A stretch of DNA of 64,000 bases from Bugula neritina (GCA_964035545.1 OZ037770.1:8438973-8502972), one strand, 5' to 3'; shown: positions 40,001-52,561, numbered from the stretch's first letter. The notes: generated from the sequence alone by a model not told the origin. Made by a program: numbers and translations.

Positions 40001-42449
40001 GAGGTGGCCAAGCAACGCCTCCCGTCATGAAAGAGTAGAACAGCGACTAACCCACGTGTTAGACCGGGATAGTGTGTCATCTGCAGCTCCCCTGTGACAC
40101 ATACATACAGGTGAGTCATTACGTCGGTTACCAATCAGCTACTTTCTGTTGAGACACAGCCTACCCAGAATTCAGTTGAGACACAGCCTACCCAGAATTC
40201 AGTTGAGACACAGCCTACCCAGAATTCAGTTGAGACACAGCCTACCCAGAATTCAGTTGAGACACAGCCTACCCAGAATTCTGTTGAGACACAGCCTACC
40301 CAGAATTCAGTTGAGACACAGCCTACCCAGAATTCAGTTGAGACACAGCCTACCCAGAATTCAGTTGAGACACAGCCTACCCAGAATTCAGTTGAGACAC
40401 AGCCTACCCAGAATTCAGTTGAGACACAGCCTACCCAGAATTCAGTCGAGACACAGCCTACCCAGAATTCAGTTGAGACACAGCCTACCCAGAATTCAGT
40501 TAAGACAGACACGAACCTGCAAGGAGCAGCTCCAGGGCTTCGAGCTCATTGATGTTGAAGAGATCAGAGATGATAAGAGTCTCTGCTATAGTTGCGTCAT
40601 CCAGCTTGCAAGTGCCAGAGTGTGAGCTGCTGACAATGTGAATACCTTCTTTGTTGGCTTCATCTATCAGCTTGCGGTGCTGGCTAGTCTTGGGCTACAA
40701 CAAAGAGAGCAAACCTGAATCGCTATTTGACTAATTCAAGAGAGGGTAAAAGGGAGTTGTCATATCTATGTCAAGTGACTTTTTATTGAGTCAGTCGGAG
40801 TTGAAAATTGAAAAATGTTTCCTTTGTCAGCGGGTGCAGTCTATCTGACACATTAAAACTAGTGGTAAACATAAAGGTCCCCAGCTACATTGAAATGAAT
40901 TAGATTGAGAGAATCCTATCAGATGATAGAGAAAACATGACAGAAATAATTTGCTGGCTTAATCAATGTATATACTGAAAAAGGCGAGAAATGTCACTGG
41001 TTGGATTCTCTCACATCTTATTGAATATTTACAGCTTATTTACAAAAAAGCTTGTTTAGTCTACACTCAAAATTTCTGCAACATGTTTTTATATAAATAT
41101 ACGTATGTAATCATATCACTACTGGAAAGTAGGTAAAAAGTAACATACCCTGTGGGAGTGCTCATCGGGGAGTATTTAAAAAAGTCATTAAAATAATAAT
41201 TTAAAACAATTAAAATACTCTCCTTACATTAGTTTGCATTACTTGGAGGAAACTGGTACGATGCTTTCGCAGAATCAGTTCCAGGTCTCCTTGGACAAGA
41301 GAATTCCCGTTGATAATAGCATCCGTAACAGAAGAATGTAACTCTCTGTATGGCCGCCATAGACGACATTGCTCTGAAAAAGTATGCTAACGTCAACCAT
41401 TATTTAGTGACACACACACACATTATAGCCACAGCATTAGCATACTAGCATAAAAATAAATTTATCTGAAAACTTGGAAAATTAATTAATTAAAATTATA
41501 CAATTAGAAAAAACTAAAATTAAACAATTAGAAAAATTAAAATACGATTAACTTTAAGTAACAGGTTTACGATAAAGGTCAACCATCATTATGACGACCA
41601 CAATGACAATGTGATGTAGGATCAGCATGCCATCCGTAATTCAAATTGTTGACACAATCACAACCCAATACTTGGATTAAACACAGCAACCATGGCGCAG
41701 TCCCATACTGATACTGCACTCTTACCACAGACAGGCTAAGCAGGCCTGTTTTGAATTTACTGTAAATTCGTAAATTATTTTTAAACATATCTTCACTGAC
41801 TCCATGTACATACATGTAAACAAGAATTAAAAATGTGGCACACCCTTTCAGCTCCTACTCAACAGGGTGGTTTATTGTGAAAAAAACTCGTCAGGTATCA
41901 ATAGATACTCATACGGAATGGTGAATACACATATACCCTATGTGTATTCAGTATGAGTATCTGTCGATTCCTGTCAAAATTTTCTTATGATTGACTTAAT
42001 TTTATGATACCCTCGATAGTTAGATCATAGCGACAGTGCTACTGCCTACTGGCACTGCTACGCAATCTCACACTGATACTGATAGTCATAATGATACTTA
42101 TTTAGAGTTACAGTTAGTGAGTTATCACTTACAAATAGTGGCAGTGTTACAATTAGTCTTATTGCAGTAAAATTATGCTATTAAATTTAATTATAAACCG
42201 AAATAAATTATAAATGAATCATCAACTATTATTAAAATCTCCGGGGTTGAGGCTGGGCCTCACAGTCACTGTGACTATAGCTGAAATATCAAATGATTGT
42301 CAGTTTATCAAAGTGAAATAAAATCAAAAATTCATAAGTCTCATGAGCGCAAAAATGACACGAACTCATATAGGGCAAAGGCTATACTTAAAAACGGCAT
42401 GTATGTAATACTAACCAGGATTCACGAACAGTTTTGTGTTCGCCGCCAT
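19061..42449 (-). CDS. NUP205: Nuclear pore complex protein Nup205, complete, 39 coding exons
   Basis: Exons: 42416-42449, 41228-41373, 40517-40694, 39873-40091, 39657-39742, 38755-38980, 38426-38521, 37969-38207, 37227-37292, 36556-36672, 35853-35939, 34547-34685, 33824-34026, 33183-33365, 32425-32697, 32078-32180, 31754-31894, 31097-31286, 30623-30829, 30120-30250, 29565-29777, 29001-29156, 27922-27990, 27671-27789, 27028-27177, 26478-26666, 25967-26138, 25378-25473, 25013-25164, 24485-24595, 24163-24362, 23894-24038, 22788-22923, 21894-22051, 21220-21382, 20686-20831, 20059-20296, 19328-19479, 19061-19147. Recognisable Nup205 segments: ISDLFNINELEALELLLAGE..YPGLTRGLVAVLL, EEFYIRKLHSLITDF, PETLGAGYRAPGFHPYLNF, RTCLHAVL, PTMRYLR, AIELRLTS..KQRSHTQ, YRQILLP, C-terminal HFGYIGALSRRLRRL. 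ATG context aaaaATGGCGGCG. Confidence 0.95.
19760..19930. repeat. GA-rich low-complexity repeat (NUP205 intron)
   Basis: Reiterations of gagagagtgggagggggact. Confidence 0.8.
20845..21207. repeat. 20-bp minisatellite filling NUP205 intron 35
   Basis: Unit aatacagtatagtataatat, about 18 copies. Confidence 0.95.
21640..21860. repeat. ~30-bp minisatellite
   Basis: Unit close to tctataaatagatgttagtattacagtta, about 7 copies. Confidence 0.9.
23360..23899. repeat. 31-bp minisatellite containing the exon-32 donor junction
   Basis: Unit aactcacctggtcagtatatactgtatatat, i.e. GACCAG|GT(A/G)AGT on the sense strand; about 17 copies. Confidence 0.95.
24375..24484. repeat. ~21-bp repeat reiterating the GTAAGTA donor motif (intron 30)
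   Basis: tacttacatataacac... about 5 copies, ending at the real donor. Confidence 0.8.
24618..24988. repeat. 15-bp minisatellite filling intron 29
   Basis: Unit atacactatacagta, about 24 copies. Confidence 0.95.
26150..26460. repeat. ~22-bp minisatellite filling intron 26
   Basis: Unit atacattaccatgacatagaat. Confidence 0.9.
27170..27300. repeat. 19-bp repeat containing the exon-25 acceptor junction
   Basis: gcacctgtaacacctgaca, about 7 copies; TTACAG|GTGCT on the sense strand. Confidence 0.85.
28063..29018. repeat. 32/33-bp minisatellite containing the exon-22 donor junction, about 30 copies
   Basis: Unit c(c/t)caccttcagtgtatgtagagtatataata(t/a); includes the last 18 exon nucleotides plus the GT donor. 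Confidence 0.97.
29255..29415. repeat. 22-bp minisatellite
   Basis: Unit attaccatcaactagcagacgt, about 7 copies. Confidence 0.9.
29771..29935. repeat. 19-bp degenerate repeat containing the exon-21 acceptor junction
   Basis: tttgacctacatagaatag, about 9 copies; TGTAG|GTCAAA on the sense strand. Confidence 0.8.
30877..31106. repeat. 21-bp minisatellite containing the exon-18 donor junction
   Basis: tatctcaccttgctatagata, about 11 copies; CTATAGCAAG|GTGAGA on the sense strand. Confidence 0.92.
31300..31492. repeat. 24-bp minisatellite
   Basis: Unit gtgtgtattgttatcagtactaca. Confidence 0.9.
32790..33150. repeat. 23-bp purine-rich minisatellite (intron 14)
   Basis: Unit gatatgtgaagagatagtagaag. 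Confidence 0.9.
34888..35231. mobile_element. PIF/Harbinger (Tourist-like) MITE
   Basis: About 70-bp terminal inverted repeats (gcctagggccacac...gtgtggccctaggc), flanked by TTA on both sides (3-bp TSD). Confidence 0.85.
35944..36365. repeat. 44-bp minisatellite abutting the exon-11 acceptor
   Basis: Unit gtagaatatatacagtgagtacatcacagaagtgtagatactga, about 9.5 copies. Confidence 0.92.
36780..36902 (-). mobile_element. tRNA-derived SINE-like element, copy 3
   Basis: atcaccaatggccttttactgggg...gctaagccaaa is shared with the 13010 copy. Confidence 0.6.
37730..37981. repeat. 41-bp minisatellite containing the exon-8 donor junction, 6 copies
   Basis: Unit gtaaatatcaactgtcctgtaggtgtctacatacctctaca; ATTTACTGTAGAG|GTATGT on the sense strand. 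Confidence 0.95.
38995..39295. repeat. ~43-bp minisatellite
   Basis: Unit close to atgttatactacggcatatacatgtactgctacactagctgct, about 7 copies. Confidence 0.9.
40147..40510. repeat. 27-bp minisatellite filling NUP205 intron 3
   Basis: Unit gttgagacacagcctacccagaattca, about 13 near-identical copies. Confidence 0.95.
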
Positions 42450-43431
42450 TTTTCTTTGCAACCTTGAATGGCCTTGACCTGGCTTGAACCAAAACTGAAG
42501 AAGAAAGTTGAATAACTTGTATGTGCTACCATTTGAGTGGCCCTAATGATTATATCATAATTTCATTTTATAAAACTGGTTATCAATTCTGAGAGGTCAA
42601 TATCACATTCGCTCGAATACTACAATTGTGGTTTAAACTTCATTGGTGATAATCATAATCATACTGATAATTATTATAATTAATTGCCGTGGTGCTGTTA
42701 TTTTATATTTGGTGTATTTTAAGCATCAGTATGAGTAAGACTCATACTGATACTGAGACATAGTTATAGTATTAGTATGAGTATAACTATCACTATAATT
42801 ATAATAGTATAATATTAATATAATTAAAATTTACTTTTAGTTCTACTCCTAGTTCTACTAGTACTAGTACTTCTATTACTAGACCTAGTAGTAGTACTAG
42901 TAGTAATAGTACTACTAATGTCTAGTAGTAGTAGACGTAGTAGTACTAGTATAACTAGTATAAACACTATAAGTATAAGTATAACTAACTTTGGTCATTT
43001 TGATTGTATTTGTTGTTATAATTATACTAATGCAATGATACGTCTATTGAGAGTAGAACTTGCAATTACAATTAGTCTAAACTGTCAAAAGTTTCATCCA
43101 ATCTTTCTTTTCATCAATTTTTCTTTTACCTAAATAAGGTATATAAAATAGGTGTTTACTATGATTATTTTGAAATGTTGGTCTAGACAAAATATTTCAA
43201 ACAGAAAAATCGCAAAGAAACTTATATTTAAAGCAGAGTTGTCAAAATCAGTTTATTAAACACTTTGTGACTAACAGTGTAAATGGGTTTTATAAAAAAT
43301 TGTCAAAATCAACTTTTTCCAGAGTTTTTTTAATTTGTAATAGTTTTATTAAATATTTTTGTTGGAAAAAATGTAGACCTGATACAAAACCTTGAGATAT
43401 GCTTTTACTGGTTTACAGGGTCATCTAGAAG
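42450..43431. promoter_or_regulatory. Putative bidirectional promoter region between NUP205 and SCYL3
   Basis: Divergent ATGs less than 1 kb apart. An acceptor tttacag| at ~43418 just before the SCYL3 ATG implies an upstream non-coding exon. Confidence 0.5.
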
Positions 43432-46400
43432 ATGGGAGCTAATCAGAGTTCAACTTCTGAACATAAAGTAACTGAGCTGTTGTTTGAAAGGGGAACAGAT
43501 GCAGTGGCAGTTGAAGTGCATTCAGCAGCCGTTGACAGCGAAGCTGTTACAGTTTTTACATATTTTACTGATAGCAAGCATAGAAACATAGCCACAAATG
43601 CTATACAGGTAAGTGAAGAAAGGGTATTTAATTGTAGTCTTATGTATTACACATCAACTTTATTGCATAAATAAAAATGCTCTGAATGCTTTTATTTGAA
43701 GGCTCACAAAGTGCTTCGACATCCTTCCATATTGAAGCTGATGACTTTTAGCGAATCAAGCTCTAGCTGCCATGTTGTTACTGAGCCAGCCACCCCGCTG
43801 TGTGCCTGTATTGACTATGTGAATGGTTGGGAAATCACAGTCGGCTTAGCTAAAGTTCTTGAGGCTCTACACTTTCTACACACACAAGTATGTTAACATG
43901 AAGGGGGTACAGTGATACCGAACCTCCTTGTTTCGTAGTTCAGGGGTTCGAATTCCCACATTGTCATGTCTAACAAAAAGCTTTTAGCTCATTGTCCCAC
44001 TCTTCTGGGTCTCTTCAGATTAATATCTGAAATACAGGAAACCTCGTGTGGTGCATTTTATCAGTATGTATGTTAAAGGGCAACCTTTGTCTTTTTTTGC
44101 AGACTACCTGTATACCAGTCAATCTTTATGTTCTTCAACAAAACCAATATTTAGCTCTTTAATTCCTTTATCTTTGTGCCATTTTTTATTGCTGTTAAGT
44201 AATAACCCCTTCTTCCATGTTACTGATGCTCAGTTTAAAATTAAGAGTTGTGTGCACCATGTTAGTATATCATTTAGCTTGATTATCAAGAACAGACTGT
44301 CAAATTTGGCTATTACACCAAATTGAAATATACTGAGCACCAGGCATATAGGAAGTGGTTTGATTCAGCACTTGACTCCCTATTCTGCTAACGTTGCTTA
44401 TCCTGAACTATTTATTTATTGCTGTTAAGTATTTATCAGATAGGATCAGGTAATTAAATACCTATTTGTAGGCTGGCTACAGTCATAATAACGTTAGCAT
44501 GGAGTCTATCTATGTAACGCCAGATGGGGAGTGGAAGCTGGGCAGATTAGACTGTGTGAATAGAATAACACAGAACTCTAAAGAGCATATACTCAGTATC
44601 AGTGACCTTTGTGACCCCAACATATACCCTCTGCCACCTGCCAGAGAGCAGGTCAGTGGAGACATGCTTATAACACCCTCTGCTACTTCATATGCATTGT
44701 CTACTATATAATATATACTTGTAACAGCATTTACTATGTCTACGGTTTGCTCTGGTGTGTCATATTCTATACACACTTTAATATAATGCGCGCTTTTTTA
44801 TCTTTTTTATGTGATGGGCCCGTTTCTACTACAGTGCTCTCTCAACCTCAAATCCTATTTAATGATATATTAGGATACCATATTTAACTTGTGAATCCTT
44901 CGAATTCCGTAATTTCGTCCCTGCATGAGCCACATAACTGTGGTCCAAGCCCTTCTCGTGACATACGGAATTTTGTGAAAAATGGAACCGTAAGTTATAG
45001 AGGGAGCACTGTATGTCATATGTTTAGCATAGTAAACACATTCCAATTGATATCTATGTGGTCTTTCTCTTACTTTTCAGAAAGCTCCTGTGTCACACTG
45101 TAGAGACATCAGTGGACTTGGAAAACTCTGTGAAATTCTTCTTGACAAAATGGAGTCATTTGGTTAGTATGATGCCTATGATGTGACTACACTATTCATC
45201 ATGTGACTACACTGCTCATCATGTGACTGCACTACTCATCATGTGACTACACTACTCATCCTGTGACTGCACTACTCATCATGTGACTACACTGCTCATC
45301 ATGTGACTACACTGCTCATCATGTGACTACACTACTCATCATGTGACTACACTACTGGTCATGTGACTATATAGATCGTCATGTGACTGCACTACTCATC
45401 ATGTGACTACACTACTCATCCTGTGACTGCACTACTCATCATGTGACTACACTACTCATCATGTGACTACACTACTCATCCTGTGACTGCACTACTCATC
45501 ATGTGACTACACTACTGGTCATGTGACTATATAGATCGTCATGTGACTACACTGCTCATCATGCAACTACACTGCTTGTCATGTGACTACTCATTGTGTG
45601 ACTACTCTGCTCATCATGTGACTACACTACTGGTCATGTGACCACACTGCTCATCATGTTTCAGTATAATAGTGTGTTTTTCCGTTCAGATCAGACTTGG
45701 CTGTCTGAGTTTGAAGAGGTCATTGAGGCCATGATCTCTCCTGAGTCAGCGGGAGTACCGACAGCAGCTGAGATACTAACACAGCCTCTTCTCTCCAACC
45801 CTCTTGTACTCACTCTCAAGTTTGTTGAAGAGATAACTCTTAAAACTGAAACGGAAAAACAAGTGTTCTTCAGTTTGCTGACAGGTAGACTGAGAGAACT
45901 ACCCGAAGTAGTCATAGCTAAAATGCTAGTACGTCCCTTACTTAGAAGGTTCGTGGTGCAAGAGGAACTGGCTTATAGAAACGTGTTGCCCTGTTTACTA
46001 ACTCCTAAATCCAAGAGTGAGTACCTGAAATCTTGTTCCGCGCTATTATATCAGATTTGTCTATGCTTGCAGTTTACTAACCTGCTAAAAGCCTTATTCA
46101 TTCTCATATGTATTATCTTATAATCTTCTACTGTAAACCATATCTTGTCCAATTGCAGCGCATTATGTAAAATTTCATTTAAAAAATATGAAAATCTATT
46201 TTCATCAGCTATTATGTGCCTGTATTCCTCCACTCACTTACATTCCTTGTCGGTGACATCAACTCTATCTCCATTCTTCCTGCTCATCAATTGTCACTAC
46301 TTTGATTTTCTGTTGTCTTCTGGCTCTTAAGTAGTTTTTTTTGTTAGTCAAGCTGCGTATTATGTGGTGTGCAGGTTTACAGGAAGCCTTGTTTCTCTAA

Positions 46401-49400
46401 TTTTAAATCTCAGTCATTCTATTTTTATATATTGTCATTATCAATCTATTAAAAAACTGTTTAACCAGTTACTCTGTTCATTATGTGGAGATTTCTATTG
46501 ATCCACTCCTACCATATCATGTGTTTTAAAGGTGTATTGCTTTACCATTTCAACTGTTAATTTTCAAGGTCATTTTCTTTGCAGGCAATCCTTTTGGACT
46601 ACTGTCCCCATCTCTATTCAAGAAATACCTCCCCCCTGTTATACTCCGACTATTCACTGTGAAGGAATTCCGTGTGAGAATTCTGCTGTTAGATCACTTC
46701 CACTGCTTCTGTCATATGCTGGACAAATCTCGGCTTGAGAAGTTTGTCATGCCTCTGGTGTGTATGTCATACAGTATATAATCTCTCTACATAGTGTGTA
46801 TGCCATACAGTATACCACATCTACATAGTGTGTATATCATACAGTATACCACATCTACATAGTGTGATGTCATACAGTATACCACATCTACATAGTGTGA
46901 TGTTATACTGTATACCACATCTACATAGTGTGATGTCATACAGTATACCACATCTACATAGTGTGATGTCATACAGTATACCACATCTACATAGTGTGTA
47001 TGTCATACAGTATACCACATCTACATAGTGTGATGTCATACAGTATACCACACCTACATAGTGTGATGTCATACAGTATACCACATCTACATAGTGTGAT
47101 GTCATACAGTATACCACATCTACATAGTGTGATGTCATACAGTATACCACATCTACATAGTGTGTATGTTATACAGTATACCACATCTACATAGTGTGAT
47201 GTCATACAGTATACCACATCTACATAGTGTGATGTCATACAGTATACCACATCTACATAGTGTGATGTCATACAGTATACCACATCTACATAGTGTGATG
47301 TCATACAGTATACCACATCTACATAGTGTGTATGTCATACAGTATACCACATCTACATAGTGTGATGTCATACAGTATACCACATCTACATAGTGTGATG
47401 TCATACAGTATACCACATCTACATAGTGTGATGTCATACAGTATACCACATCTACATAGTGTGATGTCATACAGTATACCACATCTACATAGTGTGTATG
47501 TTATACAGTATACCACATCTACATAGTGTGATGTCATACAGTATACCACATCTACATAGTGTGATGTCATACAGTATACCACATCTACATAGTGTGATGT
47601 CATACAGTATACCACATCTACATAGTGTGATGTCATACAGTATACCACATCTACATAGTGTGTATGTTATACAGTATACCACATCTACATAGTGTGATGT
47701 CATACAGTATACCACATCTACATAGTGTGATGTCATACAGTATACCACATCTACATAGTGTGATGTCATACAGTATACCACATCTACATAGTGTGTATGT
47801 CATACAGTATACCACATCTACATAGTGTGATGTCATACAGTATACCACATCTACATAGTGTGATGTCATACAGTATACCACATCTACATAGTGTGATGTC
47901 ATACAGTATACCACATCTACATAGTGTGTATGTCATACAGTATACCACATCTACATAGTGTGTATGTTATACAGTATACCACATCTACATAGTGTGATGT
48001 CATACAGTATACCACATCTACATAGTGTGATGTCATACAGTATACCACATCTACATAGTGTGATGTCATACAGTATACCACATCTACATAGTGTGTATGT
48101 CATACAGTATACCACATCTACATAGTGTGTATGTCATACAGTATACCACATCTACATAGTGTGATGTCATACAGTATACCACATCTACATAGTGTGATGT
48201 CATACAGTATACCACATCTACATAGTGTGATGTCATACAGTATACCACATCTACATAGTGTGTATGTCATACAGTATACCACATCTACATAGTGTGTATG
48301 TTATACAGTATACCACATCTACATAGTGTGATGTCATACAGTATACCACATCTACATAGTGTGATGTCATACAGTATACCACATCTACATAGTGTGATGT
48401 CATACAGTATACCACATCTACATAGTGTGTATGTCATACAGTATACCACATCTACATAGTGTGTATGTTATACAGTATACCACATCTACATAGTGTGATG
48501 TCATACAGTATACCACATCTACATAGTGTGATGTCATACAGTATACCACATCTACATAGTGTGATGTCATACAGTATACCACATCTACATAGTGTGTATG
48601 TCATACAGTATACCACATCTACATAGTGTGATGTCATACAGTATACCACATCTACATAGTGTGTATGTCATACAGTATACCACATCTACATAGTGTGATG
48701 TCATACAGTATACCACATCTACATAGTGTGATGTCATACAGTATACCACATCTACATAGTGTGATGTCATACAGTATACCACATCTACATAGTGTGTATG
48801 TCATACAGTATACCACATCTACATAGTGTGTATGTTATACAGTATACCACATCTACATAGTGTGATGTCATACAGTATACCACATCTACATAGTGTGATG
48901 TCATACAGTATACCACATCTACATAGTGTGATGTCATACAGTATACCACATCTACATAGTGTGTATGTCATACAGTATACCACATCTACATAGTGTGATG
49001 TCATACAGTATACCACATCTACATAGTGTGTATGTCATACAGTATACCACATCTACATAGTGTGATGTCATACAGTATACCACATCTACATAGTGTGATG
49101 TCATACAGTATACCACATCTACATAGTGTGTATGTCATACAGTATACCACATCTACATAGTGTGATGTCATACAGTATACCACATCTACATAGTGTGATG
49201 TCATACAGTATACCACATCTACATAGTGTGTATGTCATACAGTATACCACATCTACATAGTGTGTATGTTATACAGTATACCACATCTACATAGTGTGAT
49301 GTCATACAGTATACCACATCTACATAGTGTGTATGTCATACAGTATACCACATCTACATAGTGTGTATGTTATACAGTATACCACATCTACATAGTGTGT

Positions 49401-51693
49401 ATGTTATACAGTATACCACATCTACATAGTGTGTATGTCATACAGTATACCACATCTACATAGTGTGATGTCATACAGTATACCACATCTACATAGTGTG
49501 TATGTCATACAGTATACCACATCTACATAGTGTGATGTCATACTGTGTATCATCTCTCTACATGGTGTTGAGTTGCTATATAGTCAGAGTTGTTGCCCTG
49601 TAGTTACCATTGCTACACTGTAGTTGGAATTGTTACACTGTAGTTGGCATTGCTGCACCGTAGTTGGTGTTGCTATACTGTAGTTAATGTTGCTATACTG
49701 TATTCAATACTGTTGGAATGTTCTTCAGATACTGCAGGGGCTGCATGACAGCAATGATGTCATAGTTCAAAGTTCACTGGGTGCTCTGGCTGACCTTGTA
49801 CCTGTGCTCGGAGGTCGCACTGTCATTGGGACAGACAGACGCTGTATATTCACAGGAAGTGGTGCAACTAAGCCTTCTGGTTCAACCAGAGAAGAGGTGA
49901 GTGTAACTTCTGTATAGTACTGATGGGCAGCTATACGCAGTGCTGTCTACTTGGGGCTCACACCTATACAATCACCAGACACAGCAGCAGTATAATTCTC
50001 AACATTATCTGTCCCAGGGTTTAGTTAGTGAACTGGATGAAGAGGCAACTCCTAATCCCATCCCCGCTCCTAGCGATGTGACGGACAGGAAGGTAAAGGG
50101 TAAACCAACCAAGAAGACACGCAAGCGAAGCAAATCTGAAGAGAAAGGTAATTTCTTGTTTTTGTTACTTACATGGCGTGATGTGAACTAGCATTACTAC
50201 TCGGATTGCTTGGTCTACTCTAGGCTGATATAAAGTTCCTGTGTTCTGTTCACCAGTTAGCTGAATACAGATTATTTCCATTTCTGTCTTCTGTTGATAT
50301 TTCAGTGAAAACGCTGAGAGTCATTGAAGATTCTCCTGGAAATGAAGGTACAAATCATGAGCACACAATTACCACGACTACTACTACTTTAGGAGAGTTA
50401 CCTGGCGCATCTTCTCCACTCAGTGAGGTGCAGGTGAGTTATGTGTTGGTTACTATTAGTCATATACTACTAATAGTACTATTAGTCGTATACTACTGGT
50501 AGTACTAATAGTCATATACTACTCATAGTACTAATAGTCATATACTATTCATAGTATTATTACTCATATGCTACTGATAGTACTATTAGTCATATACTAC
50601 TGATAGTACTATTAGTCATATACTACTGATAGTACTATTAGTCATATACTACTGATAGTACTATTAGTCATATACTACTGATAGTACTAATAGTCATATA
50701 CTACTCATAGTATTATTACTCATATGCTACTCATAGTATACTATCCACTTGTAGTCTCCTCACATAAATGGCGAATCTTCAGTCAAAGAGGCTGAACATA
50801 GCATTGACATCGTAGAAGAAGAGATGTCAGACTGGGACGAGTTCGACATCCCCCAACCTTCATCAAATGACATTCCAGAAGCTGAGGCTAGCCTGACACA
50901 ATCAAACGGTATAGAGAACCAGTCTCCAACCTACCCACACTCGTCTACTAAACAATCGTCAACAGGATCCACCAACTTGTTCGATAGCTCGAGATCTAAA
51001 GTTGTTAACGCTAGTCCAGTAACTGCTAGCTCTCAGTCTACTAGTCATGGCTCAATGGTTTTAAAATCATCTTCTACTGAGATAAAAAAGAAATCGCAAA
51101 AAATAGACGACGACTTTTCTAAGTTGGACATCAAAGTCAAGAATATGCCTGTTTTAGAAGAAATAGATTTCTTTGCTGATATGGCGCCAAAAATTAAAAG
51201 TAGTAAAGAGCCGCAGTTTGAAGGTCAGTGGAACTACACTAATAACTGCAGTACAGTACTGACTACATTACAATGCAGTACTAACTGTACAACACTACAG
51301 TACTAACTACACTACAATGCAGTACATGCAATGCAATACAGTACTAACTACGCTGCAATACAGTACTAACTACACTACAATACAGTAGTAACTACACTAC
51401 AGTACTAACTACACTACAATACAGTACTAACTACACTACAATACAGTACTAACTACACCATAATACTAACTACACTACAATACAGTAGTAACTACACTAC
51501 AATACAGTACTAACATGCTACACTACAACCTCTTCTGTGTGTTTTCAATCTAATAACAATGTAATCTCTCTTTATTATGTTTTTAATAGATGTAAAGAAA
51601 CCTTCAGTCAACTTAGCCTTTGCTCTAACAACAGATGGTGCATTAGATTCACATAATGGTTGGGGTGACGATGAGGATGGTTGGGACTGGTGA
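43432..51693 (+). CDS. SCYL3: SCY1-like pseudokinase 3 (PACE-1), complete, 11 coding exons
   Basis: Exons: 43432-43608, 43702-43887, 44472-44651, 45081-45162, 45690-46016, 46585-46757, 49729-49896, 50018-50147, 50306-50433, 50755-51223, 51590-51693. MGANQS myristoylation-type start; KVLRHPSILK; ALHFLH..GYSHNNVSMESIYVTPDGEWKLG (SCYL pseudokinase); HEAT region LLSPSLF...VRILLLDH...GLHDSNDVIV; IDFFADMAP; acidic GWGDDEDGWDW end typical of SCYL3. Confidence 0.92.
44832..45011. mobile_element. Tc1/mariner (pogo/Tigger-like) MITE
   Basis: TA|CAGTGCTCTCTC ... GAGGGAGCACTG|TA: short TIRs with TA TSD. Confidence 0.65.
45180..45660. repeat. 20-bp minisatellite filling a SCYL3 intron
   Basis: Unit atgtgactacactactcatc, about 23 copies. 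Confidence 0.95.
46758..49565. repeat. 33/34-bp minisatellite (~2.8 kb, about 84 copies) starting at a SCYL3 donor site
   Basis: Unit ctacatagtgtg(t)atgtcatacagtataccacat, with higher-order 166-bp and 133-bp periods. Confidence 0.97.
50452..50740. repeat. ~26-bp minisatellite filling a SCYL3 intron
   Basis: Unit tactattagtcatatactactgatag. Confidence 0.9.
51230..51530. repeat. ~23-bp minisatellite in the last SCYL3 intron
   Basis: Unit cagtactaactacactacaata. Confidence 0.85.
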
Positions 51694-52561
51694 ACCAGTT
51701 GTATTCAGTTTACATACTGTATAGCTTCTACTTGGGGTCTTACAGCATCATGTTGAAACTCATAACATTTGCAAACTCCATTTCAAATTATTCTCTTAAT
51801 TTCAATAATATTTCTATTTAGCAATCATCATTAGCAGTTAAATTTGTTACTGCTGCTATGTATTTATAGATATTTATAAATATTACCATAACTTGATTGT
51901 TGGCTTGTGATGGCAGCACTAAATATAATTATCATATTATATTGTAATTATTTCAAAATATTTAGACAGCCAATTTCATAAATTCACATTCAAACTATCT
52001 TTTTGAGCATGCGTTTGTTATTTAAAGGTATAAATGTTTTTATTGGCGTCACAGTACAGGAACGTAGCATTCTAAATATTTTTTCAACTATACTAATTTA
52101 TTGTAGGACTTTGACACACCATCATAATTATTTCTCAACTGTAGATTTATTTGAATTATTATAGCTATACCAATTACCAACAGGAAAAGTACCCATTACC
52201 ATTGGAGGCATTATGTTCAAGTGTATATGTTCAGTGTTGGCAACTCTGCATATATCAATTTGCGTGCAAATAAAACACAGATAACTTGAATTTGTCAGCC
52301 TTGTATTTCTATAAATTTATCTTTTTTGTTGTACATTAAAATTTCCTCAACTATTCTATTTCTTAATTTAAAGAAAGCATGTAATTAAAGTTTTCATTGC
52401 ACTATAGTCAATTGAATCTTGGCATAAGCTTAGACCACAAAACCATTGGGAAGTTTTATAGATGTAGCTTCTGGTATAAGTTTGATGAAGGCTTAAAAAG
52501 TTGCTTCGTCACAGTGTTTGAACTTGTCCATTTTATTATGTTTGATCTTTGAAAATTTTCT

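Noticed and set aside
46758-49565. CRISPR-like array of ~33-bp repeats
   Set aside because: Units are head-to-tail with no unique spacers, there are no cas genes, and the context is a eukaryotic intron.
51694-52561. Overlapping 3' UTRs of SCYL3 and torsin
   Set aside because: Several AATAAA-like signals occur on both strands in AT-rich DNA; overlap cannot be inferred without 3'-end data.
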